Shown: piece after piece, positions 24,839 through 33,973 of the stretch
How the letters are laid out: every line of letters begins with the position of its first letter
Numbering within the stretch: the first letter of the stretch is position 1
NCBI GenBank assembly: GCA_016184105.1
Contig: JACPDI010000029.1
Coordinates: 7,905 to 71,904, forward strand
Reading direction: 5' to 3'
Source: Acidobacteriota bacterium
Lineage (GTDB): Bacteria; Acidobacteriota; Vicinamibacteria; Vicinamibacterales; 2-12-FULL-66-21
DNA length: 64,000 nucleotides
Notes under the pieces: model-generated
Databases searched by the model: none
Told to the model about the DNA's origin: nothing
What the model saw: only the letters and a program-made list of their open reading frames with translations
Made by a program: the position numbers and the translations under genes

Positions 24839-27800
24839 ATGAGACGTGTGTCGAGAAGGGCCATCACGACGGGCCTCGCCCTGGCGGTTGCCCTCATTCC
24901 CTCCGTCCGCGCGGAGCTTGCGGGGCAGACGCGGGGGGGCGCGTCGCAGGTGGCGACCCCCGCACCGGAGGCGCCCGCGGAGGCGCCTCCGGAATTGACC
25001 GCGATCAAGCGGCTGACGTGGCGGTCGATCGGCCCGGCGAACAATGCCGGGCGTGTCTCGGAGGTCGCGGGCCTGCCCGGCGATCCGTCCACGTACTACG
25101 TGGGTGGCGCCGCCGGGGGGCTGTTCAAGACCGTGAATGGCGGCGTCACGTTCAAGCCGATCTTCGACGATCAGCCGAACGTGTCGATTGGCGCGGTCGC
25201 CATCGCGCCCTCCGACCAGAACGTGATCTACGTCGGGACCGGCGAAGGGAATCCGCGCAACAGCGCATCGTTCGGCGAAGGGATGTTCAAGTCGGTGGAT
25301 GCGGGCGACCACTGGACGCCGCTCGGCCTGGCCGACACGGGCAAGATCGCGCGGGTCGTGATCGACCCGCGGAATCCTGACGTCGCCTACGTCGCGGCGC
25401 TCGGCCACACGTGGGGCCCGAGCGAAGAGCGCGGGCTCTTCAAGACGACCGACGGCGGCCGGACGTGGAAGAAGATCCTGTACAAGAACGACCTCACCGG
25501 CTGCTCGGACGTCGCGATCGATCCCGGCAACGCCAACATCGTGTATGCGGGCATGTACACGCATCGGCGCTGGCCGTGGTATTTCGACAGCGGAGCGGGG
25601 GAGACCGCGCTCTACAAATCGGCGGACGGCGGCGCCACGTGGACGCGCCTGTCAGGGCCGGGTAATACGCGCGGGCTCCCGAAGGGGCCGATGGACCGCA
25701 TCGGCGTGGCCGTCGCGCGCAGCAATCCGAACGTCGTCTACGTGGTGAGCGAGACGAAAGAGGAAGGCGTGCTGTGGCGATCGGACGATGCCGGCGCCAC
25801 GTGGCGCACCGTGCACCGCGACGCGAACATCAACTTCCGGCCGTTCTACTACAGCGACATCCGCGTCGATCCCAGCGAGCCGAACACGGTGTACTCGCTC
25901 GGCGGCGCGCTCTCCAAGTCCGAGGACGGCGGCCGCACGTTCCAGCGGATCGCCAACAGCATCCACGGCGACCACCAGGCGCTGTGGATCGACCCGAAGA
26001 ACAGCCGCCGGATCCTGAACGGCAGCGACGGCGGGTTCCACGTGTCGTACGACGCGGGGAAGACGTGGGATCTCCTGAACAACGTCGCGTTCACGCAGTT
26101 CTACCACCTGAACTACGACATGCAGACGCCGTATCGCGTCTGCGGCGGCCTGCAGGACAACGGCACGTGGTGCGGCCCCGTCCAGAGCCTCAACGGCGAA
26201 GGGATGCGCAAGATCGACTGGCACACCGTCGGCGGGGGGGACGGATTCTTTGCCGTTCCGGACATCGATCGACCCTGGCTCGTCTACAACAACCTGCAGG
26301 GTGGCGTGATCAGCCTGACCGACACGCGCACCGGCGCGTCGTGGCCGGTCAACCCGTATCCGAGCGGCATCGGCTCGAGCGGGCAGGCGATGGCCACGCA
26401 GCGCTACCGCTTCAACTGGAACGCGCCGATCGCGCTCGCGCCGAACGACCCGAAGACGGTGTATTACGGCGGCAACGTGCTGTTCAAGAGCACGAACTTC
26501 GGCCAGTCGTGGGACGTGATCAGCCCGGACCTCACGACGAACAACAAGGACAAGCAGCAGTCTTCCGGCGGCCAGATCGCCACCGACAACACCGCGGCCG
26601 AGTTCCACTGCACGATCATCACGATCGCCCCCTCGCGCGTGGATCCGAACGTCATCTGGGTGGGTACCGACGACGGCAACGTTCAGGTGACGCGTGACGG
26701 CGGCAAGACCTGGACGAACGTCGTCGCCAACATCAAGGGATTGGCGCCAAACGCGTGGATCCCGACGATCGACGCGTCGTGGAAGGACGCGGGCACCGCG
26801 TATGTCGCGGCGAGCCACTTCCAGACGAACGCCGACTACGCCCCCTATTTCTTCAAGACGACGGATTTCGGCAGGACGTGGACGAAGATCACCAGCGGCA
26901 TGCGGGAGCGCGGCTGGGCGCACGTGATCCGCGAAGATCCGAAGAACCCCGACGTGCTCTACGCCGGAACGGAGAACGACGTCTACGCGACGTGGGACGG
27001 CGGCCGGCGCTGGGCGTCAATCCGCAACGGCCTGCCACCCTCTCCCGTGCGCGATCTGTTCGTGCACCCGCGCGATCACGACCTGGTGATCGCCACGCAC
27101 GGGCGCGGCGCGTACGTCCTGGACGATGCACTCCCGGTGGCGCGGATGCCGGAGGCGATCAAGGGGGATGCGTACCTGTTCGACGTGCGCCCCGCCACGC
27201 GGTGGGTGTACTTCAACCGTGACGGCAACCTCGGCGATCGCGAATGGATCCTCGACAATCCGGAGTCGGGCGCCTACATTAACCTGTACCTGAAGCAGGG
27301 CGCCTCCGGGCCGGTCACCGTGACCATCTCGGATGCCTCAGGAAGACCCGTGCGGACGATCCGCGACGTGAAGCCGACGGCCGGCATCAACCGGATCGTG
27401 TGGGATCTCCGGCACGATAACCCCGTGCCGCCGATGCGGCCGCGGGCCGGACAGCCGGCCCAGCCCGAAATTCCGCGCCGCATTGCGTCGCGATTCGGGT
27501 TCGGCGCGGCAGGGCCGGCCGTGCTTCCGGGCGAGTACACGGTGACCGTCCGGGTCGGCGGGCGCGAGTTGACCAAGCCGGTGAAGGTCGCGCTCGACCC
27601 GCGCGTGGAGGTCAGTCCGGCGGTGCTGGCCGAGCAGCTCGAGACCTCGTTCGCGGCGCTTCGCCTGGTGGCAGGCGTGAACCAGATCCAGGAGCGCACG
27701 GACGACCTGCTCGACCAGTTGCAGACCCTGGGCGATCAGCTGTCGCACGAGACCGCGCAGCGGGTCGTCACCACGTCCGACGGGACCGGGAACGGCAACG

Positions 27801-28132
27801 GCCAGAGCCAGGCGGCGAATCCTCTGCTCGCCGATGTCCAGAGGGCCGTCGCGACGCTGAAGAAGTTCCGCGACGATGAACTCGTCCGGCCGCTGCAGGG
27901 ATTCAACTACCGGCAGTATCCGCGCCTGCGCGAGGACGTGCAGAGCCTGGCTGGATCGATCCAGCGCGGCTTCCGCCCGCCGAACGCTGGCGAGAAGCTG
28001 CGCCTGCAGGAGCTCGGAGTGGAATTGGACAAGGCGGCGGCGAAAGTCAATCAGGTGATCAACGCCGATGTCGCCCGCATCAACGAGGCGCTGCGGGCGC
28101 GCCCGAGGATTGCGATCGAGCCCGTGGGGTAG
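24839..28132 (+). CDS. Sortilin/VPS10-like BNR (Asp-box) repeat protein, secreted
   Basis: Signal peptide, then about ten SxDxGxTW-type Asp-boxes (SVDAGDHWT, TTDGGRTWK, SADGGATWT, SDDAGATWR, SEDGGRTFQ, SYDAGKTWD, TRDGGKTWT, TTDFGRTWT ...). Confidence 0.85.
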   Translation: MRRVSRRAITTGLALAVALIPSVRAELAGQTRGGASQVATPAPEAPAEAPPELTAIKRLTWRSIGPANNAGRVSEVAGLPGDPSTYYVGGAAGGLFKTVNGGVTFKPIFDDQPNVSIGAVAIAPSDQNVIYVGTGEGNPRNSASFGEGMFKSVDAGDHWTPLGLADTGKIARVVIDPRNPDVAYVAALGHTWGPSEERGLFKTTDGGRTWKKILYKNDLTGCSDVAIDPGNANIVYAGMYTHRRWPWYFDSGAGETALYKSADGGATWTRLSGPGNTRGLPKGPMDRIGVAVARSNPNVVYVVSETKEEGVLWRSDDAGATWRTVHRDANINFRPFYYSDIRVDPSEPNTVYSLGGALSKSEDGGRTFQRIANSIHGDHQALWIDPKNSRRILNGSDGGFHVSYDAGKTWDLLNNVAFTQFYHLNYDMQTPYRVCGGLQDNGTWCGPVQSLNGEGMRKIDWHTVGGGDGFFAVPDIDRPWLVYNNLQGGVISLTDTRTGASWPVNPYPSGIGSSGQAMATQRYRFNWNAPIALAPNDPKTVYYGGNVLFKSTNFGQSWDVISPDLTTNNKDKQQSSGGQIATDNTAAEFHCTIITIAPSRVDPNVIWVGTDDGNVQVTRDGGKTWTNVVANIKGLAPNAWIPTIDASWKDAGTAYVAASHFQTNADYAPYFFKTTDFGRTWTKITSGMRERGWAHVIREDPKNPDVLYAGTENDVYATWDGGRRWASIRNGLPPSPVRDLFVHPRDHDLVIATHGRGAYVLDDALPVARMPEAIKGDAYLFDVRPATRWVYFNRDGNLGDREWILDNPESGAYINLYLKQGASGPVTVTISDASGRPVRTIRDVKPTAGINRIVWDLRHDNPVPPMRPRAGQPAQPEIPRRIASRFGFGAAGPAVLPGEYTVTVRVGGRELTKPVKVALDPRVEVSPAVLAEQLETSFAALRLVAGVNQIQERTDDLLDQLQTLGDQLSHETAQRVVTTSDGTGNGNGQSQAANPLLADVQRAVATLKKFRDDELVRPLQGFNYRQYPRLREDVQSLAGSIQRGFRPPNAGEKLRLQELGVELDKAAAKVNQVINADVARINEALRARPRIAIEPVG

Positions 28133-28168
28133 TCGTCCGCTATGCCTTGCAGTAGATGGAGGAGCACC

Positions 28169-30955
28169 ATGCACCGGTTCAACCATGTCATCACGATCGT
28201 TGTGCTGATCCTGATCGGATCGGTACATCCCGTATCAGCCCAGACCACGGGTTCGCTCATCGGCACGGTTCAGGACGAGACTGGCGCGGTGCTGCCGGGC
28301 GCCACGGTCACGCTGACCGGCTCGACGCTCATCGGCGGGCCGAGCGTGCAGGTGGCCGACGTCACCGGTGCGTACCGGTTCGACCGCCTGCCGCCGGGCA
28401 CCTACGACGTCCGCTTCGAGATGCAGGGGTTCAAGACGGTGGAGCGCCGGGAAATCCGGGTCAGCGCCGCCTTCACGGCCGACGTCCACGTGAAGCTGGC
28501 GATCGGCTCGATGCAGGAGCGCGTCACCGTCACCGGTGAGTCGCCCGTCGTCGACACCAGGTCGAACGTGCAGCAGACCGTCATGAGCCAGGAGATCCTG
28601 GAGAAGGTGCCGACGGGGCGCGACGTGTGGTCCCTCGCGAAGATCATCCCTGGCGTGTCGGTGAGCACGTACGACGTGGGCGGCACGCAGGGCATGCAGC
28701 AGAGCGGGATCTCGGCCCACGGCTCGCGCGACGAGGACAAGACGTTCGCCATCGACGGCATGTCGGTGAACTGGCCTGGCGGCGGCGGCGGTTCCACGAT
28801 GGTCTACTACGACCAGGGCATGTTCGAGGAAGTCAACTACCAGACGTCGGCCATCCCTGCCGAGGTCGCCATCGGCGGCATCTTCATGAACATGGTGACC
28901 AAGGCCGGCGGGAACACGTGGCGAGGCGACGCGCGGTACTACTACGCGAACGACGGCATGCAGGCGGACAACTTCGAAGCGCTCAAGCAGCAGCTCGGGT
29001 TCCCCGTCGGCAACCCCGTGACGTCGCAGTACGACCTGAACGCGACCGCCGCCGGTCCCGTCCTGCGCGATCGCCTCTGGTTCTTCGGGTCGTACCGCCG
29101 CTGGAAGGTCGACAAGAAGCTGCTCAGCGTGTTCAACCCGGACGGATCCAACGCGATCGACGACAACCTGATCTGGAACGGGTCGGGCAAGCTGACCGCG
29201 CAGCTCAACGCGGATCATCGGGTGGGCGTCGTCTACAACTACAACCAGAAGAACCGGTTTCACCGCCGGGACACGCCGCCCAACTTCGTCGAGGACAAGG
29301 CGTCGTACGTGCAGGAGCAGCCCGGCTGGACGTCGCAGGCCAAGTACACGGCGGTGTTGAAGGGTGCCTCGGTGTTCGAGTCGACCGTCGGCGCGGTCGC
29401 GGGGACGTTCCCGTTGCGGTACCAGAAGGACGTGGGCCCGAATGACCTGCGCCGGGAAGACACGACGCTCGACAGCGCGACCGGGGCGGCCCAGCGGTTC
29501 TACGAGAACCCGAATTATCGGTTCCAGTTCGACAACGCCATCAGCCACACCCGGAGCGGATGGGGAGGCTCGCACACGCTGAAAGCGGGGGTGCAGTTCA
29601 CCAGGCAGTTCTTCCGCGAAATCAACCGCATGAACGGCGACATGCGGCTGATCTCCAACAACGGCGTTCCCATCCGGATCGTGGCATTCAACACGCCGGT
29701 CATAGCGACCAGCTACGTCCACCAGCTTGGGATCTTCGCGCAGGACGCGTGGTCCGTCGGGTCGCGCCTCGCGCTGAACCTCGGCGTCCGGTGGGACCGC
29801 GCCACCGGGTGGATCCCTGAGCAGACGAGCCCGGCGGGGCGCTGGGTCGGCGAGCGCACGCTCCAGAAGAAGGACGTCTACAACCAGTCCATCGCCGTAT
29901 GGCGCGCGGGCGTGGTCTACGACGTGTTCGGTACCGGCCTGACCGCGATCAAGGGGAACTACAGCCGGTACGGCCAGCAGGTGGGCATCGGCCTGGTGAC
30001 CAGCGTCCACCCCTTCACGCTCAGCAACGCAAACATCGCCTGGAAGGACGCGAACGGGAACGGCTTTCCGGAAGCGAACGAGCTGGGCGCGTTCGAAGGG
30101 TTCACCGGAGGTGCGACCACGCGCTACGCGACCGCTGACGGGCCGGACTGGGGCTATTCGGACGAGATCACCGCGGGGGTCGAGCATCAGATCATCCGCG
30201 ACCTTCGCCTCGGCGTGATGTACTACCACCGCACGAACCGGAAGAATACCGGGACGACGAACGTCGCCGTTCCCCGGAGTGCGTACCGGCCGGTTCAGGT
30301 GACGAATCCCCTCGGTGGTACGGCGACGATCCACAACCTGGACAGCACCTTCCTGGGCAAGCAGGACAGCGTGCGGGATAACATCGAGCTGCTCGACACC
30401 GACTACGACGGCTTGGAGATCACGGCCGTGAAGCGGTTCTCGCGCCGCTGGCAGATGCTCCTGGGATACACGCTGGGGCGCAACGAGGGGGGGTTCGACA
30501 ACGGCGACTTCAACGACCCGAACAACCTCGAGTTCCAGCAGGGGATCGTCGGCAACGACGCCACCCACCAGCTCAAGGTGTCGGGCACGGTGGTGATCCC
30601 GCGCGTGGAACTGGGAATCAGCAGCAGCCTCGTGCGGAGCACCGGCTACCCGCGGCAGTTCACCTACCAGGTGACGCGGGCGCTGGTGCCGGGGCTGACC
30701 CGCTCGGCCCAGACGGTCCGCGTGAACGAGCGCGGCGACGTCCGGCTGCCGAACGTCACGCTGCTCGACGTGCGGTTCTCGCGGACGTTCCGCCTGGGGG
30801 GCAATCGCACCTTCGAGCCGCAGGTCGACATCTTCAACGCGACCAACGCGGACACCATCGCGCGCACCGTGGACGCGATCGGGCCGCGGCTCGGGTTCCC
30901 GACCGAGATCCTGGCGCCGCGCATCGTCCGCGTCGGTTTCAGCATCATGTTCTGA
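28169..30955 (+). CDS. TonB-dependent receptor with a carboxypeptidase-regulatory-like domain (paralogue of 22029..24809)
   Basis: Same architecture, with long identical blocks (GRDVWSLAK.IPGVSV.TYDVGGTQGMQQS, YYDQGMFEE.NYQTSAIPAEVAIGGIFMNMVTKAGGN). Ends ...RVGFSIMF. Confidence 0.9.
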   Translation: MHRFNHVITIVVLILIGSVHPVSAQTTGSLIGTVQDETGAVLPGATVTLTGSTLIGGPSVQVADVTGAYRFDRLPPGTYDVRFEMQGFKTVERREIRVSAAFTADVHVKLAIGSMQERVTVTGESPVVDTRSNVQQTVMSQEILEKVPTGRDVWSLAKIIPGVSVSTYDVGGTQGMQQSGISAHGSRDEDKTFAIDGMSVNWPGGGGGSTMVYYDQGMFEEVNYQTSAIPAEVAIGGIFMNMVTKAGGNTWRGDARYYYANDGMQADNFEALKQQLGFPVGNPVTSQYDLNATAAGPVLRDRLWFFGSYRRWKVDKKLLSVFNPDGSNAIDDNLIWNGSGKLTAQLNADHRVGVVYNYNQKNRFHRRDTPPNFVEDKASYVQEQPGWTSQAKYTAVLKGASVFESTVGAVAGTFPLRYQKDVGPNDLRREDTTLDSATGAAQRFYENPNYRFQFDNAISHTRSGWGGSHTLKAGVQFTRQFFREINRMNGDMRLISNNGVPIRIVAFNTPVIATSYVHQLGIFAQDAWSVGSRLALNLGVRWDRATGWIPEQTSPAGRWVGERTLQKKDVYNQSIAVWRAGVVYDVFGTGLTAIKGNYSRYGQQVGIGLVTSVHPFTLSNANIAWKDANGNGFPEANELGAFEGFTGGATTRYATADGPDWGYSDEITAGVEHQIIRDLRLGVMYYHRTNRKNTGTTNVAVPRSAYRPVQVTNPLGGTATIHNLDSTFLGKQDSVRDNIELLDTDYDGLEITAVKRFSRRWQMLLGYTLGRNEGGFDNGDFNDPNNLEFQQGIVGNDATHQLKVSGTVVIPRVELGISSSLVRSTGYPRQFTYQVTRALVPGLTRSAQTVRVNERGDVRLPNVTLLDVRFSRTFRLGGNRTFEPQVDIFNATNADTIARTVDAIGPRLGFPTEILAPRIVRVGFSIMF

Positions 30956-30986
30956 CCGGCACGTCTTCCGGGAAGGAGCTGGCACG

Positions 30987-32360
30987 ATGTCATCTCGTCG
31001 TGAGTTTCTGAAAACGGCCGGCGGCTCGATGGCCGCCGGCCTCGTCGGAATGGATGTCCTGACGGCGGTCGCCCGCGGAGCGGTCACTCCCGAGTCGGCC
31101 GGCCTCGCACTCGAGACCGCGCCTTCGAGCGGCAAGCCGGTGCGCATGACCGAGCCGTGGTATCGCGCGCAGATCGCCAAGCTGCAGCAGCAGCTCGGGG
31201 CGAAGGGGCTGAAGGGGCTGATCCTGAAGGACCCGAACAACCTGGACTACCTCGTCGGACTGTTCCTCCGGACGACCGAGCGTCCAGCCTGGTTGTGGGT
31301 GCCGGTTGTAGGAGAGCCGGCGATCTTCGGGCCCGGGCTCGATCGCGACATGTACCGCGAGTGGTGGATCAAGGACTCGGAGTGGTACTTCGACTTCCCG
31401 CACGCGGGGCCGTTCAACCAGGTGCTCTTCGAAAAGGGCCCGAAGGTGGACCTCCAGGCCTGGATGCTGCAGGGGATCGCGAAGCGGGGCGGGGAGGCGG
31501 GCCGCATCGGCGTGGAGGCGGAGCTCGCGCCGTCCGCGCTCAAGAGCATGATGGCGGCGCTGCCGAAGGCCGAGTTCGTGCCGGCGGGCGATCTCGTCAT
31601 GCACATGCGCACCCGGAAGACGCCTGAGGAGATCGCGCTCACCCAGGTCGCGATTGACTATCACGATCGCGTGCTGCAGTTCGGCCGCAACCTGATTGCC
31701 TCGCGCGGCACCTCGCTGACCGACGCCCAGGTGCGCCGGGCGATGCAGGAACACGCCGAGGAGATCGTGTTCGCCGACTTCCCGCCGACCGGCCGCGCGC
31801 ACACCTCGGTCGGTTTCTCCCTCGGGTTGGGATGCCGCGCCGGGGTGGCGACCGCGTATCCCCACCCGAACCAGTACTTCCGCAAGCAGATCGCCCGCGG
31901 CGACGCGGTCCAGATCTCCGGCGTGATGCGCGTGGGGGGCTACGGCGGCGAAGGGTATCGCGCCATGCACATCGAGCCGATCCCGGACCTCGGCCGCCGG
32001 ATGTGGGAGGTGCACAACGAGATGACGCTGGCCCAGGCCGAGTACTCGAAGCCTGGCGTGGAGTGCCGCGAGGTGGCCGAGAAGGTGCTCCAGGTGGCGA
32101 AGAAAGGCGGAATGGAGAAGTACGTGTACCACCGCCCGGCACACGGTGAAGGCATGGAGGGCCACCAGGCGCCCTACATCGCGCTCGGCGACGCGACGGT
32201 CCTCGAGGAAGGCATGATGTTCTCGAACGAGCCGGGCCTCTACAACCTCGAAGGGGGCTACGGGTACAACCACTCGAACAACATCCTCATCACCGGGGAC
32301 GGCGCGCGCCGTATGAACAACACCCCGCTGACGAAGGAGTTCTGCTGGATCAAGCTGTGA
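30987..32360 (+). CDS. TAT-exported M24-family metallopeptidase (Xaa-Pro peptidase-like)
   Basis: Twin-arginine signal MSSRREFLKTAGG. M24 blocks HRPAHGEGMEGHQAPY and MFSNEPGLY. Confidence 0.85.
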   Translation: MSSRREFLKTAGGSMAAGLVGMDVLTAVARGAVTPESAGLALETAPSSGKPVRMTEPWYRAQIAKLQQQLGAKGLKGLILKDPNNLDYLVGLFLRTTERPAWLWVPVVGEPAIFGPGLDRDMYREWWIKDSEWYFDFPHAGPFNQVLFEKGPKVDLQAWMLQGIAKRGGEAGRIGVEAELAPSALKSMMAALPKAEFVPAGDLVMHMRTRKTPEEIALTQVAIDYHDRVLQFGRNLIASRGTSLTDAQVRRAMQEHAEEIVFADFPPTGRAHTSVGFSLGLGCRAGVATAYPHPNQYFRKQIARGDAVQISGVMRVGGYGGEGYRAMHIEPIPDLGRRMWEVHNEMTLAQAEYSKPGVECREVAEKVLQVAKKGGMEKYVYHRPAHGEGMEGHQAPYIALGDATVLEEGMMFSNEPGLYNLEGGYGYNHSNNILITGDGARRMNNTPLTKEFCWIKL

Positions 32361-32374
32361 AGCTCGCGGAGTTG

Positions 32375-33946
32375 ATGATGAAACGTTGGCTCACCACGTC
32401 GATCGTTCTTGCACTGCTGCTGGCGGGGCTGTCGTCCACCAGCCCGAGCGCCCAGTCTCGCTTCGGTGATCTCGCCGCCGGGCCGTATGACCGCCTCGTG
32501 ATCAGGAATGCCATGGTCATTCCTGGCCATGGCGGTCCGCCCGCGGGCCCGTATGACATCGTGATCAGCGGAAACACGATCACGGAGATGACGCCGTTCG
32601 ATCCCGTGACGTCGGCCAGGCGCGGGAAGACCGAGCGGCTCACCGGTGACCGCGTGATCGACGCGACCGGCATGTACGTGATGCCGGGCATGATCGATCT
32701 GCACATGCACCTGCGCAACGAGCCGATGGAGCTGGAGTACGTCTACTACCTCAAGCTCGCGCACGGCGTGACGAGCCTGGTCCCCGCCGCGGATCGCGGA
32801 CTCGCGAACGGGATGCAGCAGGCGAAACTCAGCGAGAAGAACGAGGTGCTGGCGCCGCGCCTGTTCCCGATCTGGGGATGGGGGGCAGACACCGGCCTGC
32901 CCCGCGAAGTCCTGGAAAACCCGGCGGAAGCCCCGCGCGTCGCGAAGGCCATGGCTGCGAAGGGGGCGCACGTCGTGAGCGTGGGCAACCTGGGTTGGAG
33001 CCGCGAGCTGTTCGGCGCGGCGTGCAAGGCCGTCTGGGACGCCGGCGGCATCACGACGGTGCACCTGCCCCCGTCGACCAATGCCGTGGTGAACGCGGTC
33101 GACGCCGCCCGCCTGGGCGTGACGATGATCGAGCACCACTACGGTTATGCGGAATCGTCGCTCCCGCGGCGCACGCAGGATTTCCCCGCGAATTACAACT
33201 ACGACAACGAGAACCATCGGTTCAGGGAGGCCGGGCGCGTCTGGCTCGAGGCCGATCGCGAGAAGCTGCTCACCGACGTCGCCCAGGCGCTCGCCGACAG
33301 CGGCGTCACGATGCTGCCGACGCGCGTAGTCTACGAGGCCAACCGGGATATCGTTCGCGCCGAAAGCCTGATGTGGCACGAGAAGTACACGCACCAGGCG
33401 CTCTGGGACTGGAACCTGCCCAACCCGGCGCACCACGGCGCGTACCACTACGACTGGACCTCGGACGACGAGTACGCGTGGCAGTATGCGTACAACCTGT
33501 GGGGACAGCTGATCTTCGAGTTCAACAAGCGCGGCGGGCGCGTCGCGTACGGCACCGACGACAGCTACATCTGGGCGACGCCCGGGTTCTCGAACGTGCG
33601 CGAGCTGCAGCTCCTGCGCGAATCGGGGATCCACAACCTCGAGGTGCTGAAGGCGGCCACGTTCAACAGCGCGCAGACGCTGCGCCAGCCGAAGCTCGGG
33701 ATGGTGCGTCCCGGTTACCTGGCCGACCTGGTGCTCGTGGACGGCAATCCGGCTGAAAACCTGCGCTATCTCTACTCGTTCGGCGCCGTGCGGATGAAGC
33801 CGGACCGGCAGATGTATCGCACGCGCGGCATCGTCCACACCATCAAGGATGGCGTCGTGATCAACAACGCCAGGATGATGGAGGAGGTCGAACGCATGGT
33901 CGCGAAGTCGAAGAAAGGCAAGACGACGACAACGACGCAGCCGTAA
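32375..33946 (+). CDS. Secreted amidohydrolase-family protein (paralogue of 20178..21800)
   Basis: Signal peptide MMKRWLTTSIVLALLLAGLSSTSPSAQ. MPGMIDLHMH. It shares GAYHYDW / GAYWYYW and C-terminal basic-tail features with the first copy. Confidence 0.85.
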   Translation: MMKRWLTTSIVLALLLAGLSSTSPSAQSRFGDLAAGPYDRLVIRNAMVIPGHGGPPAGPYDIVISGNTITEMTPFDPVTSARRGKTERLTGDRVIDATGMYVMPGMIDLHMHLRNEPMELEYVYYLKLAHGVTSLVPAADRGLANGMQQAKLSEKNEVLAPRLFPIWGWGADTGLPREVLENPAEAPRVAKAMAAKGAHVVSVGNLGWSRELFGAACKAVWDAGGITTVHLPPSTNAVVNAVDAARLGVTMIEHHYGYAESSLPRRTQDFPANYNYDNENHRFREAGRVWLEADREKLLTDVAQALADSGVTMLPTRVVYEANRDIVRAESLMWHEKYTHQALWDWNLPNPAHHGAYHYDWTSDDEYAWQYAYNLWGQLIFEFNKRGGRVAYGTDDSYIWATPGFSNVRELQLLRESGIHNLEVLKAATFNSAQTLRQPKLGMVRPGYLADLVLVDGNPAENLRYLYSFGAVRMKPDRQMYRTRGIVHTIKDGVVINNARMMEEVERMVAKSKKGKTTTTTQP

Positions 33947-33973
33947 ACCTCGCGGGCGCGGGGCATCGCGGGA